From assembly GCA_024760525.1 (NCBI GenBank), contig CP060499.1:997296-1029295 (forward strand): a DNA stretch of 32,000 nt, read 5' to 3'. Each line of letters starts with the position of its first letter. Position 1 is the stretch's first letter. Origin of the DNA: Nitrospira sp. Lineage in GTDB: Bacteria; Nitrospirota; Nitrospiria; Nitrospirales; Nitrospiraceae. The translations under genes were made by a program, and so were the position numbers. Positions 23,849 through 32,000 of the stretch are shown piece by piece. The notes under the pieces are model-generated. The model worked only from the letters and a program-made list of their open reading frames with translations, made no database searches and was not told the DNA's origin.

Positions 23849-25654
23849 GTGAAAAGCAAAGCACAAACCGTACTGTTTTGGATGGTGGTAGGCCTGTCCA
23901 TGGTATTTCTTCTCAACCTATGGAACATGCCGACGCGCGTGTCAGAGGAAGAAATTATTTTTAGCGATTTCATGGCGAAGCTCGACCAGGGCGACATCGA
24001 GAAGGTCATCATCAAGGGACATCATATCAGCGGCGTATTAAAAGATAGTTCCCGGCTCCGAACCTACGCGGCGGACTATCCCGATCTCGTCCAGGTGCTG
24101 CGAGAGAAGCATGTTCAGATCGAGGTCAAACCGCTCGACGAAAGCCCGTGGTACGTCCAATTTCTGATGACCTGGGGACCGTTCGTGCTCTTTCTGGGTC
24201 TGTTGTTGTTCTTCATGCGCCGGATGCAGGTTGGGAAGGAAGCTCTGTCCCTCGGGAAAAGCAAAGCCCGCATGCAGACGGATGAGCGGAAAAAGGTGAC
24301 GTTTTCCGATGTGGCGGGAATTGATGAAGCGAAAGAAGAAGTACAGGAAACGGTTGAATTTCTGAAAGACCCTCGAAGATTCCAGAAACTCGGCGGACGC
24401 ATTCCTAAGGGTGTGTTGGTCGTAGGCCCGCCGGGAACCGGGAAAACATTGTTGGCTAAAGCGATTGCCGGTGAGGCGGGAGTCCCCTTCTTCAGCATCA
24501 GCGGTTCGGATTTTGTGGAAATGTTCGTGGGGGTCGGGGCCTCTCGCGTTCGGGACATGTTCGAACAAGCGAAAAAGCATGCCCCCTGTATCATTTTTAT
24601 CGACGAGATCGACGCCGTCGGACGGTCACGGGGGGCGGGGCTTGGCGGCGGAAACGATGAACGTGAGCAAACGCTCAATCAGTTGCTGGTCGAAATGGAC
24701 GGATTCGATACGACGGAAGGTGTCATCCTGGTCGCAGCCACCAATCGGCCGGATGTGCTCGACCCGGCCTTGCTGAGGCCAGGTCGGTTCGACAGGCAAG
24801 TGGTGGTGAATCAGCCTGACCTCCGAGGCCGTGCGCAGATTCTGAACGTGCACACGAAGAAAGTGCCGGTTGCAGCCGATGTAGAACTGGAGAAGATCGC
24901 TCGAGGAACTCCCGGTTTCTCAGGCGCCGACTTGGAAAACTTGGTCAACGAGGCTGCGCTTTGGGCTGCTCGTCAGAACAAGAACGAAGTCGGGGCCGTA
25001 GACTTCGAAACGGCGAAAGACAAGATCATGATGGGCGCAGAGCGCAAGAGCATGATGCTTACAGACGAGGAAAAACGAGTCACCGCCTATCACGAGGCGG
25101 GCCATGCCTTGATGGCCAAACTGCTGCCGGGCACCGATCCAGTTCACAAAGTGTCCATCATTCCAAGAGGCCGCGCATTGGGTGTGACCATGCAGTTGCC
25201 GACCGACGATCGCCACAATTACTCCAAAGAGTTTTTGCGCGATAGGCTGGCGATTCTCATGGGCGGTCGAGTCGCGGAAGAACTGGTATTCAAACACGTC
25301 ACAACCGGAGCCGGCAACGATCTGGAGCGTGCAACTGATCTCGCGCGCAAGATGGTCTGCGAATGGGGCATGAGCGAAAAGCTGGGGCCGCTGACGTTCG
25401 GGCAGAAAGAGGAATCGATGTTTCTGGGACGCTCCTTTGGGGGCAGGCGTGATGTCAGTAGTGAAATGGCGCTGGAAATCGATCTGGAGATCAAGCGTCT
25501 TGTTACAGAAAGTTACGAGAGGGCCAAGCAAGTCCTCACCGAACAGATGGTGAGCTTGAAGGCGCTGGCGGCAGCACTCTTGGAAAAAGAGTCGCTGGAT
25601 GGGTCGGAAATCGACCGGATTATTCTACAGTCTTCTCCAGTCGCTTCTGCCTAA
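23849..25654 (+). CDS. ftsH: ATP-dependent zinc metalloprotease FtsH
   Basis: 601-aa ORF with a GTG start and GAGAGG upstream. Two TM helices, Walker A 'GPPGTGKT', Walker B 'IIFIDEID', SRH '[19 protein letters not shown]' and zinc motif 'HEAGHAL'. Confidence 0.95.
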   Translation: MKSKAQTVLFWMVVGLSMVFLLNLWNMPTRVSEEEIIFSDFMAKLDQGDIEKVIIKGHHISGVLKDSSRLRTYAADYPDLVQVLREKHVQIEVKPLDESPWYVQFLMTWGPFVLFLGLLLFFMRRMQVGKEALSLGKSKARMQTDERKKVTFSDVAGIDEAKEEVQETVEFLKDPRRFQKLGGRIPKGVLVVGPPGTGKTLLAKAIAGEAGVPFFSISGSDFVEMFVGVGASRVRDMFEQAKKHAPCIIFIDEIDAVGRSRGAGLGGGNDEREQTLNQLLVEMDGFDTTEGVILVAATNRPDVLDPALLRPGRFDRQVVVNQPDLRGRAQILNVHTKKVPVAADVELEKIARGTPGFSGADLENLVNEAALWAARQNKNEVGAVDFETAKDKIMMGAERKSMMLTDEEKRVTAYHEAGHALMAKLLPGTDPVHKVSIIPRGRALGVTMQLPTDDRHNYSKEFLRDRLAILMGGRVAEELVFKHVTTGAGNDLERATDLARKMVCEWGMSEKLGPLTFGQKEESMFLGRSFGGRRDVSSEMALEIDLEIKRLVTESYERAKQVLTEQMVSLKALAAALLEKESLDGSEIDRIILQSSPVASA

Positions 25655-25670
25655 TGCGATTGTGATGCGC

Positions 25671-25705
25671 ATACCGGCTCGCATTCCTGGAATGCGAGCC
25701 GGTAT
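25671..25705. terminator. perfect 17+17-nt inverted repeat between convergent ftsH and the carboxylase gene (candidate bidirectional terminator)
   Basis: ATACCGGCTCGCATTCC-t-GGAATGCGAGCCGGTAT is a perfect palindrome centred on 25688, giving about a 15-bp stem once a minimal loop is allowed. It sits in the 58-nt gap between two stop codons. There is no flanking U-tract on either side. Confidence 0.6.
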
Positions 25706-25712
25706 CGGTGGC

Positions 25713-28700
25713 TCACTCTTCCTGAATCACGAGCAACAGCTTTCCGGCGGGAACATGCTCTCGCTCCTGGCAATATAGCTGTTGCACAGTCCCATTCACC
25801 GGAGATTGGACCGTGAGCTCCATTTTCATCGATTCAAGAATAACTACCGGGCTTCCCGCAGTGACGCGCTGTCCGCTCGCCACGAGCAATTTCCACACAG
25901 TACCCGTTACGTGCGCAGTGATGGCGTGAGCCCCTTCGGGAAGATCGATCTCAGCTGATGGTTCTGCCGGGCCGGAGTCGGTGTCACTGATGTACTCCGC
26001 CTGACCACTGTTCCTCCAGCGCTCCCGCTCGGCTTCAAATGCAGCTTGCTGCTTGGTTTTGAACGCGCTGATCGAGGCGGCATTCTGTTGCAGGAACGTA
26101 TTGTACTGTTTCAGGCTGAAGGTCGTTTCTTCTACCTTCAACTTAAATCGTCCAGCTGTGAAGTCCTTGCGCAGCTCGTGCAGTTCGCTCCCGCTCACAG
26201 GATAGAAGCGAATCTGATCGAAAAAGCGCAGCAGCCACGGGTTGCCCTGCTTGAAATCGGCGGTTTGGCGATAGCGATTCCACATTTGCACGGTGCGTCC
26301 GACGAACTGATATCCGCCGGGGCCTTCCATGCCGTAGATGCACAGGTACGCGCCACCTATTCCCACCGCGTTCTCAGGAGTCCAGGTGCGCGCCGGGTTA
26401 TACTTCGTGGTCACAAGGCGGTGGCGGGGATCCAGCGGAGTCGCGACCGGCGCACCCAGATATACGTCCCCCAGCCCCAATACCAGATAGCTTGCCTCAA
26501 ATACGATACGTTGCACGTCTTCGACGCTGTCCAGCCCGTTGATACGACGGATAAACTCGATATTGCTCGGACACCACGGCGCATCGTTGCGTACGGACTG
26601 CATATATTTGTCGATGGCGACCTGTGTGGCCTCATCGTCCCATGAAAGCGGAAGATGCACGATGCGCGTCGGCACCTCCATTTCATCGACAGGGGGGAGA
26701 TTCTTCTCGGCACCCACGAGGATGTTGAGCAATCTGGCACGAGGCAATACTCGCGGCTGAAAATGAATCTGCAGAGACCGGATGCCGGGCGTCAGATCCA
26801 CGATTCCTTTCAGATGCTCCCTGTCGATTGTTTGTTGGAGCCATTCCATCAGGGCGTGCGCATGAAAGCGAAGATTGAGGTCGAGTATCGGCGGCCCATA
26901 CTCGATCAACAGATTTTCGTCCCCGGACTGGCGATACACGACCTGCATGTGCCGAGGACCTTCAGGAATATGATCCAAAATAGGCTGGTCCAGCAGGTCG
27001 GCTTCGGATGGCTTCGGGGTGATGTCTGGCTGCCGAAGACTTTGGATCATTACGCCCTGTGAGTGATCAAGCGCCAATGCGTGTTCTGCTGAAATCCGGC
27101 AGAAGCGTACGTGATCACCCGGCTTGAGCTGACCTATCTTCCAGAGATCGGCGCGGACGATCGAGGCGGGGCAGACGAAACCGCCGAGACTGGGACCATC
27201 AGGTCCCAATATCACCGGCATATCGCCGGTGAAAATCACCGCGCCAAGGGCATAGGCATTGTCGTGGATATTGGATGGGTGTAGACCTGCTTCGCCTCCG
27301 TCGTGGCGCGACCATTCGGGCTTGGGACCGATCAGACGTACGCCGGTGCGGCTGGAGTTGTGGTGGATTGCCCACTCGGTCTCAAAAAACATGCGGATAT
27401 CGTCATCAGAGAAAAACTCCGGCGCTCCGTGTGGGCCGTACAGCACGCGGATTTGCCAGTTATCGGTATAGTTCGGAATCAATTCCTGCGGCAGAGTGTG
27501 GGGGGTGTGGTCGTGCGTGGCCGCAATGTGCAGTAGGTCGCCACTGCGCAGAACGCGTCCGGCATGTCCACCGAACTGGCCGAGGGTGAAGGTGGCCTTG
27601 CTGCCAAGATAGGCAGGCACCTGAAAGCCGCCTTGCACGGCCAGATAAGCCCGGCAGCCGTGATTGCTGATTCGCCCGAACTGCAGCAATGCCCCTGCTT
27701 TGACCGCATGCGATTGCCATTGCGCCAATGGTTTGCCGTCCAGATGCATCTCGATCGATGCGCCGGTTGCGGCAATGACGCTGTCGCAGTTGAAACGAAG
27801 GGTCGGGCCGATAACAGTGATCTCGAGTCCGGCCTCATCCTGTCGGTTGTTGACCAGGCGATTGGCCAGACGGAATGCCAGATCATCCATCGGGCCTGAC
27901 GGCGGCACGCCGACTTGCCAATACCCCAGACGTCCTGGATAGTCCTGCACCGTCGTCTGCATTCCAGGGGTGAGCACCTCGATGGTCTCTGCGTGGTATC
28001 CAAATCCTTTGAGCACGCCCGTCGTGTACCGACCGCTACGGAACGCTGCACCGTGTAAGACTTGCTTGAGATAATTCAAATTCGTTTCAATGCCGTGCAG
28101 GGCGGTCTTATGGAGGGCTGTCGTCAGGCTTGCAATGGCTTGTTCACGCTCCGGCTCACGGATGATAATCTTGGCCAGCATCGGGTCATAGTACGGAGAG
28201 ACTTCGACACCACGCTCCACCCAGGTCTCGACACGTGCTTCCGATGGAAAGTCTGCGGCCGTGAGTGTGCCGCAGGACGGTTGAAAATCTTTCGCCGGAC
28301 TCTCGGCGTACACCCGTGCTTGAATGGCGACCCCTCGCGGTTGGATGTTGAGTGAATCCAGCGGTGGGAGATTCCCGGCAGCCTGCCGTACCATCCATTC
28401 CACCAGATCAATGCCGGTCACTTCTTCGGTCACACCGTGCTCGACCTGCAGACGCGTGTTGACCTCGAGGAAATAGAACTCGCTGCTGGAGGCATCGACA
28501 ATGTATTCCACCGTGCCGGCCGACTGATAATTGACCGCTTTCCCCAGGCGCGCGGCCGCGTCCAGCAGGGCTTGGCGCAAGGGCGGAGTCAGATTAGGAG
28601 CGGGGGTCTCTTCTATGACCTTCTGGTTGCGCCGTTGGACTGAGCAGTCACGTTCCCCTAGCGCGATCACTTTGCCCTTCCCGTCGCCGAAAATCTGAAC

Positions 28701-29327
28701 CTCAATGTGGCGGGCGTCTTCGACGTATTTTTCGAGAAACAAGCCGGCATCCTTAAAGTTGTTCTGTGCCAGGTATTTCACCGACTCGTACGCCTCGTTC
28801 AGTTCCTCTTTGTTCCGGCACAGACGCATGCCGATCCCGCCGCCGCCGGCTGTGCTTTTCAGCATGACGGGATAACCGATCTTTGCCGCCTCGGATACGG
28901 CGTGGTCGATGCTATCCAGCAGACCGGTCCCCGGAAGCAGCGGAACTTGATTCTGCATAGCCAGGGCGCGCGCCGTGTGTTTGAGACCGAAGGCGCGCAT
29001 CTGCTCCGGGCTGGGGCCGATAAAGGAAATGCCTTGGCCTGCGCACTGCTCGGCGAAATGTGCCTGCTCGCTGAGAAAACCATAGCCGGGATGAATGGCC
29101 TGTGCGCCGGTTCGTCTGGCAACATCCAAAATCTTGTCGGCGCGGAGATAGCTGTCCGCTGCGACTCCGCTGCCGATCCAATGAGCTTCATCAGCCTCTA
29201 CCACGTGCCGAGACAAGAGATCGGCGTCTGTATACACAGCGACGCTTTCCACCCCGATACGGCGCAGGGTACGGATGATACGGCAAGCAATGGTGCCGCG
29301 GTTGGCAATCAGTACCTTCTCAAACAT
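25713..29327 (-). CDS. urea carboxylase-family biotin enzyme, probably guanidine carboxylase
   Basis: 1204 aa from ATG 29327 ('[20 protein letters not shown]'). Domains: biotin carboxylase, KipA/KipI-type (allophanate hydrolase subunit 2 and 1-like) carboxyltransferase, and a C-terminal BCCP with biotinylation motif 'ILESMKMEL'. The 21 codons upstream of this ATG overlap the preceding gene and are probably not translated. Confidence 0.9.
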   Translation of the reverse strand: MFEKVLIANRGTIACRIIRTLRRIGVESVAVYTDADLLSRHVVEADEAHWIGSGVAADSYLRADKILDVARRTGAQAIHPGYGFLSEQAHFAEQCAGQGISFIGPSPEQMRAFGLKHTARALAMQNQVPLLPGTGLLDSIDHAVSEAAKIGYPVMLKSTAGGGGIGMRLCRNKEELNEAYESVKYLAQNNFKDAGLFLEKYVEDARHIEVQIFGDGKGKVIALGERDCSVQRRNQKVIEETPAPNLTPPLRQALLDAAARLGKAVNYQSAGTVEYIVDASSSEFYFLEVNTRLQVEHGVTEEVTGIDLVEWMVRQAAGNLPPLDSLNIQPRGVAIQARVYAESPAKDFQPSCGTLTAADFPSEARVETWVERGVEVSPYYDPMLAKIIIREPEREQAIASLTTALHKTALHGIETNLNYLKQVLHGAAFRSGRYTTGVLKGFGYHAETIEVLTPGMQTTVQDYPGRLGYWQVGVPPSGPMDDLAFRLANRLVNNRQDEAGLEITVIGPTLRFNCDSVIAATGASIEMHLDGKPLAQWQSHAVKAGALLQFGRISNHGCRAYLAVQGGFQVPAYLGSKATFTLGQFGGHAGRVLRSGDLLHIAATHDHTPHTLPQELIPNYTDNWQIRVLYGPHGAPEFFSDDDIRMFFETEWAIHHNSSRTGVRLIGPKPEWSRHDGGEAGLHPSNIHDNAYALGAVIFTGDMPVILGPDGPSLGGFVCPASIVRADLWKIGQLKPGDHVRFCRISAEHALALDHSQGVMIQSLRQPDITPKPSEADLLDQPILDHIPEGPRHMQVVYRQSGDENLLIEYGPPILDLNLRFHAHALMEWLQQTIDREHLKGIVDLTPGIRSLQIHFQPRVLPRARLLNILVGAEKNLPPVDEMEVPTRIVHLPLSWDDEATQVAIDKYMQSVRNDAPWCPSNIEFIRRINGLDSVEDVQRIVFEASYLVLGLGDVYLGAPVATPLDPRHRLVTTKYNPARTWTPENAVGIGGAYLCIYGMEGPGGYQFVGRTVQMWNRYRQTADFKQGNPWLLRFFDQIRFYPVSGSELHELRKDFTAGRFKLKVEETTFSLKQYNTFLQQNAASISAFKTKQQAAFEAERERWRNSGQAEYISDTDSGPAEPSAEIDLPEGAHAITAHVTGTVWKLLVASGQRVTAGSPVVILESMKMELTVQSPVNGTVQQLYCQEREHVPAGKLLLVIQEE

Positions 29328-30006
29328 GCGCAATCCCTTTTCCGGCCGCCTCCCATACCAACAAGCGAATCGGCGTGGGATTGAAGGCATTACAGGGGTT
29401 ATTGAGCTGCGGGCAATTCGAGATCATCACGACGACGTCCATTTCAGCGCACATTTCGACATATTTGCCGGGCGCCGATACTCCGTCGACAAATTCAAGC
29501 CCGCCGGCGTCCGTCACCGGAACGTTCATGAAAAAGTTGATATTGCTGGGGAGATCGCGTTTGGTTAGGCCGAGTTGTTCACAAAGCGGATCGTGTGCCA
29601 AGGCATGGAGAAAACTATCTCGGCAGCTATGCATCGCATGCTTGTCCAGTGCATAACGAACTCTGTTGCTTTCCGACGCGCAGGCCCCGCCCAGCGTATC
29701 ATGACGCCCGCACGTGTCGGCGACGATCGTGAGCATGACGTTGCCGAAATTGGAATAGAGCTTGGTGCCGGTAGTCAAATACAGGCTTCTTTGCCGGCTG
29801 ATCGTGTCGGTGGCGCTATAGCGTTCCGGTGTATGAGCCGGGTTGAAGAACAGGGTATCGACCGCCTGGTTTCCTTCCAGATCGACAATGCGAAACGTCG
29901 CTCCTTTTTTTACCAGCTTGACCCACGGTTCGCCTGCGGGGCAGATCTCATCGACGACGGCATGCTCTGGATCAAGCCGGCTTTCGATCAGGTTGTGCAC
30001 GCTCAT
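29320..30006 (-). CDS. DUF1989 'urea carboxylase-associated' protein (carboxyguanidine deiminase subunit-like)
   Basis: 228-aa ORF. '[18 protein letters not shown]...YSATDTI...[13 protein letters not shown]...[16 protein letters not shown]' follows the DUF1989 pattern. It overlaps the carboxylase start by 8 nt and the upstream paralogue by 4 nt. Confidence 0.8.
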   Translation of the reverse strand: MSVHNLIESRLDPEHAVVDEICPAGEPWVKLVKKGATFRIVDLEGNQAVDTLFFNPAHTPERYSATDTISRQRSLYLTTGTKLYSNFGNVMLTIVADTCGRHDTLGGACASESNRVRYALDKHAMHSCRDSFLHALAHDPLCEQLGLTKRDLPSNINFFMNVPVTDAGGLEFVDGVSAPGKYVEMCAEMDVVVMISNCPQLNNPCNAFNPTPIRLLVWEAAGKGIAHV

Positions 30007-30734
30007 TCGACACCTCCCTTACAGGCATACAATCGTTGAGTGTGTTGGAGACCTCGCATATTCTCAGCCAAACCCATACATTCTGCGGTGGATCCAGCCG
30101 GTGTAGGGAACAGGGCTAAGCGGACTGCACCTGGACGGTAGACTTTGGATGGGTCGAGCGGGTGCGGGGCGGCGGACAGCACAACCAGCGTATCCATTTC
30201 GAAGCTCAGATCGACGGAGTCGCCGGGTCTTCTGTGATCTTCCTTAAAAGACAGTTCTCCGGATGAATCAGCGGTGATCTTACTGAAAAAATTAATGTTG
30301 GAGACGACATCCCGCTTCCCTAACCCCCATTTGCCCAGCTCGATGAGCATTCCGTCCAGCCCGCTCCGATACATCTGATTCCGATGCTCCTGATATCGGG
30401 CGACACCGTATTGCTTCTCTATCTGCTCGGCATCACTCAGTCCGCATGCGGTGTCATGCCAACCGGTCGTGTCTGCGGTAATGAAACAGAAAATGCGCCC
30501 CATATCGGAATAGCAGGCGTGTCCTTTGGTCAATCGGAAGGTATGTTGACACTTCAGCGTATCCGCCATGTTGTACCGTTCCAATTTCTCTTCACGGTTA
30601 AACAACAGCACGGCGGCGTTGGCTCTGCCTTCGACGTCTTCCAGCCGCAGGGTCGTGCCACGGCGCACAATACCGGACCAATGACAACCTCCGGGGACGG
30701 TTTCTTCCCAGAGCAAGGAATGAGCGTGATTCAT
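30003..30734 (-). CDS. DUF1989 'urea carboxylase-associated' protein, second paralogue (carboxyguanidine deiminase subunit-like)
   Basis: ORF 30003-30749. I prefer the ATG at 30734 ('[11 protein letters not shown]') because GGAGGAG lies 6 nt upstream of it. '[18 protein letters not shown]...YNMADTLK...[13 protein letters not shown]...[15 protein letters not shown]' parallels the downstream paralogue. Confidence 0.8.
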   Translation of the reverse strand: MNHAHSLLWEETVPGGCHWSGIVRRGTTLRLEDVEGRANAAVLLFNREEKLERYNMADTLKCQHTFRLTKGHACYSDMGRIFCFITADTTGWHDTACGLSDAEQIEKQYGVARYQEHRNQMYRSGLDGMLIELGKWGLGKRDVVSNINFFSKITADSSGELSFKEDHRRPGDSVDLSFEMDTLVVLSAAPHPLDPSKVYRPGAVRLALFPTPAGSTAECMGLAENMRGLQHTQRLYACKGGVE

Positions 30735-30765
30735 GTGTGACTCCTCCATAACGTAAGGCGATTGA

Positions 30766-31998
30766 TTAATTCTTGCGGAGACGGTTGGTCAGCACGTACA
30801 GCGTCGTCACTCCCAGGATGCTTCCGAGGACCAGCGGGACAGCCCAGAGTTGCCACCAGGGAGCATCGGGCGAGGTTGCATAGGGGCGCGGCCATGCAAT
30901 ATTGATGAATTCGAATACTGACCAGACGAAGGCGACCGTATTGATGAGCAACCCCCAGGCGCCTAGTTTCAGCTGACCCAATGAGGGATCCCAACGGCCT
31001 GTGAGACGGGTAAAGAGTCCAACGCCCGTCGTCATCGCAAACATGGCGTACAACCCGCCCGTGCCGAACGCCAGCACCGTCGCAACTGCTTCGTCGTTGA
31101 GTCCGAAGAGCAATCCGAGCGTCGCGAGCAGAACCGTGAACATCACGGCGTTATGCGGAGCTCCGGCAGCGGTGACCCGACTCAGGAGGGCCGGCATACT
31201 CCCCTCACGCGCCATGGAAAATACAATACGGGATGTGTATTGCACCATGGATGACCCGCAAGCCAGAAAGGCAATCATGACAATCGTCAGGAAAGGGGTT
31301 TCGGCCCACGCTCCGAAGTTGTCGACGATCACGGGGGTGACGGGATCGGACGCGGCGCTCGTATGGACCAATGTGTCACGACTGAAGCTGAGGGTGAGCG
31401 CGGAAGAGTTGAAGAGCACCACGCTTCCCACCATGCAGAGAGACAAAAAGATCGCGCGCGGCACCATTCGTTTGGGATCGTGGGTTTCTTCGGCAATGGT
31501 TGAGCAGGCATCGAAGCCGATGAACGCCCAGCCGGAAATGGCAAGTGCCGCCAGAAACGCGGCGGTCTGGCTGGGGGCGGTTCCCGTCCCGAGATGCGCG
31601 AACAGTTCTGAGAATTCATGTTGCCGGAAAAAGAAAAACAGCAGCAGCGCGACACCGAACGAGCCGACGATTTCCGCATAGACACCCAGGGAAATAAGGA
31701 ACTTGAATATCGAGACGTGGACCAGGTTGAGGATGGTGCACACCAGCATGAACACCGCGCCCCATATCACGAGGCTGACTCCTGTTCCACCTCCTGATCC
31801 GAAAAAAATGGCCAGCCAGACGCCGCCGGTGTAGGCGGTGGTGGTGAGCATCGCAATCGTGGAGCTGACATAGATGGCTCCGGCATATGTCCCTGTGGTG
31901 GGGCCTCCCAGCTGCCTCGCCCATTTGTACGCTCCACCCGCGATCGGAATCTGAGAGGACAGCTCCGCATACACGGTTGCCACCAGCAGCTGCATCAC
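30766..31998 (-). CDS. APC-superfamily amino acid/polyamine-type permease (5' end outside the window)
   Basis: 410 aa visible, all polytopic membrane sequence ('YAELSSQIPIAGGAYKW', many Gly/Ala-rich TM helices). The ORF runs off the window edge, so it is N-terminally truncated here. It lies 16-31 nt upstream of the DUF1989 pair on the same strand. Confidence 0.75.
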   Translation of the reverse strand: MMQLLVATVYAELSSQIPIAGGAYKWARQLGGPTTGTYAGAIYVSSTIAMLTTTAYTGGVWLAIFFGSGGGTGVSLVIWGAVFMLVCTILNLVHVSIFKFLISLGVYAEIVGSFGVALLLFFFFRQHEFSELFAHLGTGTAPSQTAAFLAALAISGWAFIGFDACSTIAEETHDPKRMVPRAIFLSLCMVGSVVLFNSSALTLSFSRDTLVHTSAASDPVTPVIVDNFGAWAETPFLTIVMIAFLACGSSMVQYTSRIVFSMAREGSMPALLSRVTAAGAPHNAVMFTVLLATLGLLFGLNDEAVATVLAFGTGGLYAMFAMTTGVGLFTRLTGRWDPSLGQLKLGAWGLLINTVAFVWSVFEFINIAWPRPYATSPDAPWWQLWAVPLVLGSILGVTTLYVLTNRLRKN

Positions 31999-32000
31999 CA

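Noticed and set aside
29328-29390. 21-codon extension at the 5' end of the carboxylase ORF.
   Set aside because: Biotin carboxylase domains begin at '[11 protein letters not shown]'. The extension overlaps the upstream DUF1989 gene and has no homology value.
1-32000. Whole-window search for tRNA/rRNA genes, CRISPR arrays, IS elements, integrases, toxin-antitoxin or defence-system genes.
   Set aside because: I saw no T-loop-like GGTTCGAAT motifs, spaced direct-repeat arrays, or transposase, integrase or nuclease-type ORFs. Absence is judged by eye only and should be confirmed with tRNAscan-SE, Infernal, ISEScan and defence-system finders.

Overview
Gene-dense, moderately GC-rich bacterial chromosome segment with about 27 protein-coding genes. 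I recognised no rRNA, tRNA, CRISPR array, transposase or integrase. Most of it is housekeeping: ispD-ispF-cysE, truA, amiC-type amidase, a YacP/NYN protein, tatD, class-I DAHP synthase and ftsH. The main result is an ammonia monooxygenase amoC-amoA pair at 21970-23764. It is clearly homologous to betaproteobacterial AmoC/AmoA but not identical. It matches, from memory, both comammox Nitrospira clade A amoA primer sites. It sits in a context that does not look like a canonical ammonia oxidiser. The pair has its own strongly G-ending codon usage. A NarL-type two-component system lies directly upstream. There is no amoB: only a 9-codon ORF that looks like an amoB 5' stub remains before ftsH. Convergent with ftsH is a urea/guanidine carboxylase operon (partial permease, two DUF1989 proteins, a 1204-aa biotin carboxylase), which fits the guanidine carboxylase pathway. 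Other accessory content: a two-gene phosphonate starter module (PEP mutase fused to a nucleotidyltransferase, plus phosphonopyruvate decarboxylase); a metal-uptake style cluster (His/Cys-rich secreted protein, TonB-dependent receptor, anchorless TonB_C protein, PAP2 phosphatase, COG0523 GTPase, CXXCH lipoprotein); a B12-binding radical SAM enzyme; and a DUF2254 membrane protein. All calls come from reading the ORF translations and the DNA by eye. No searches were run.
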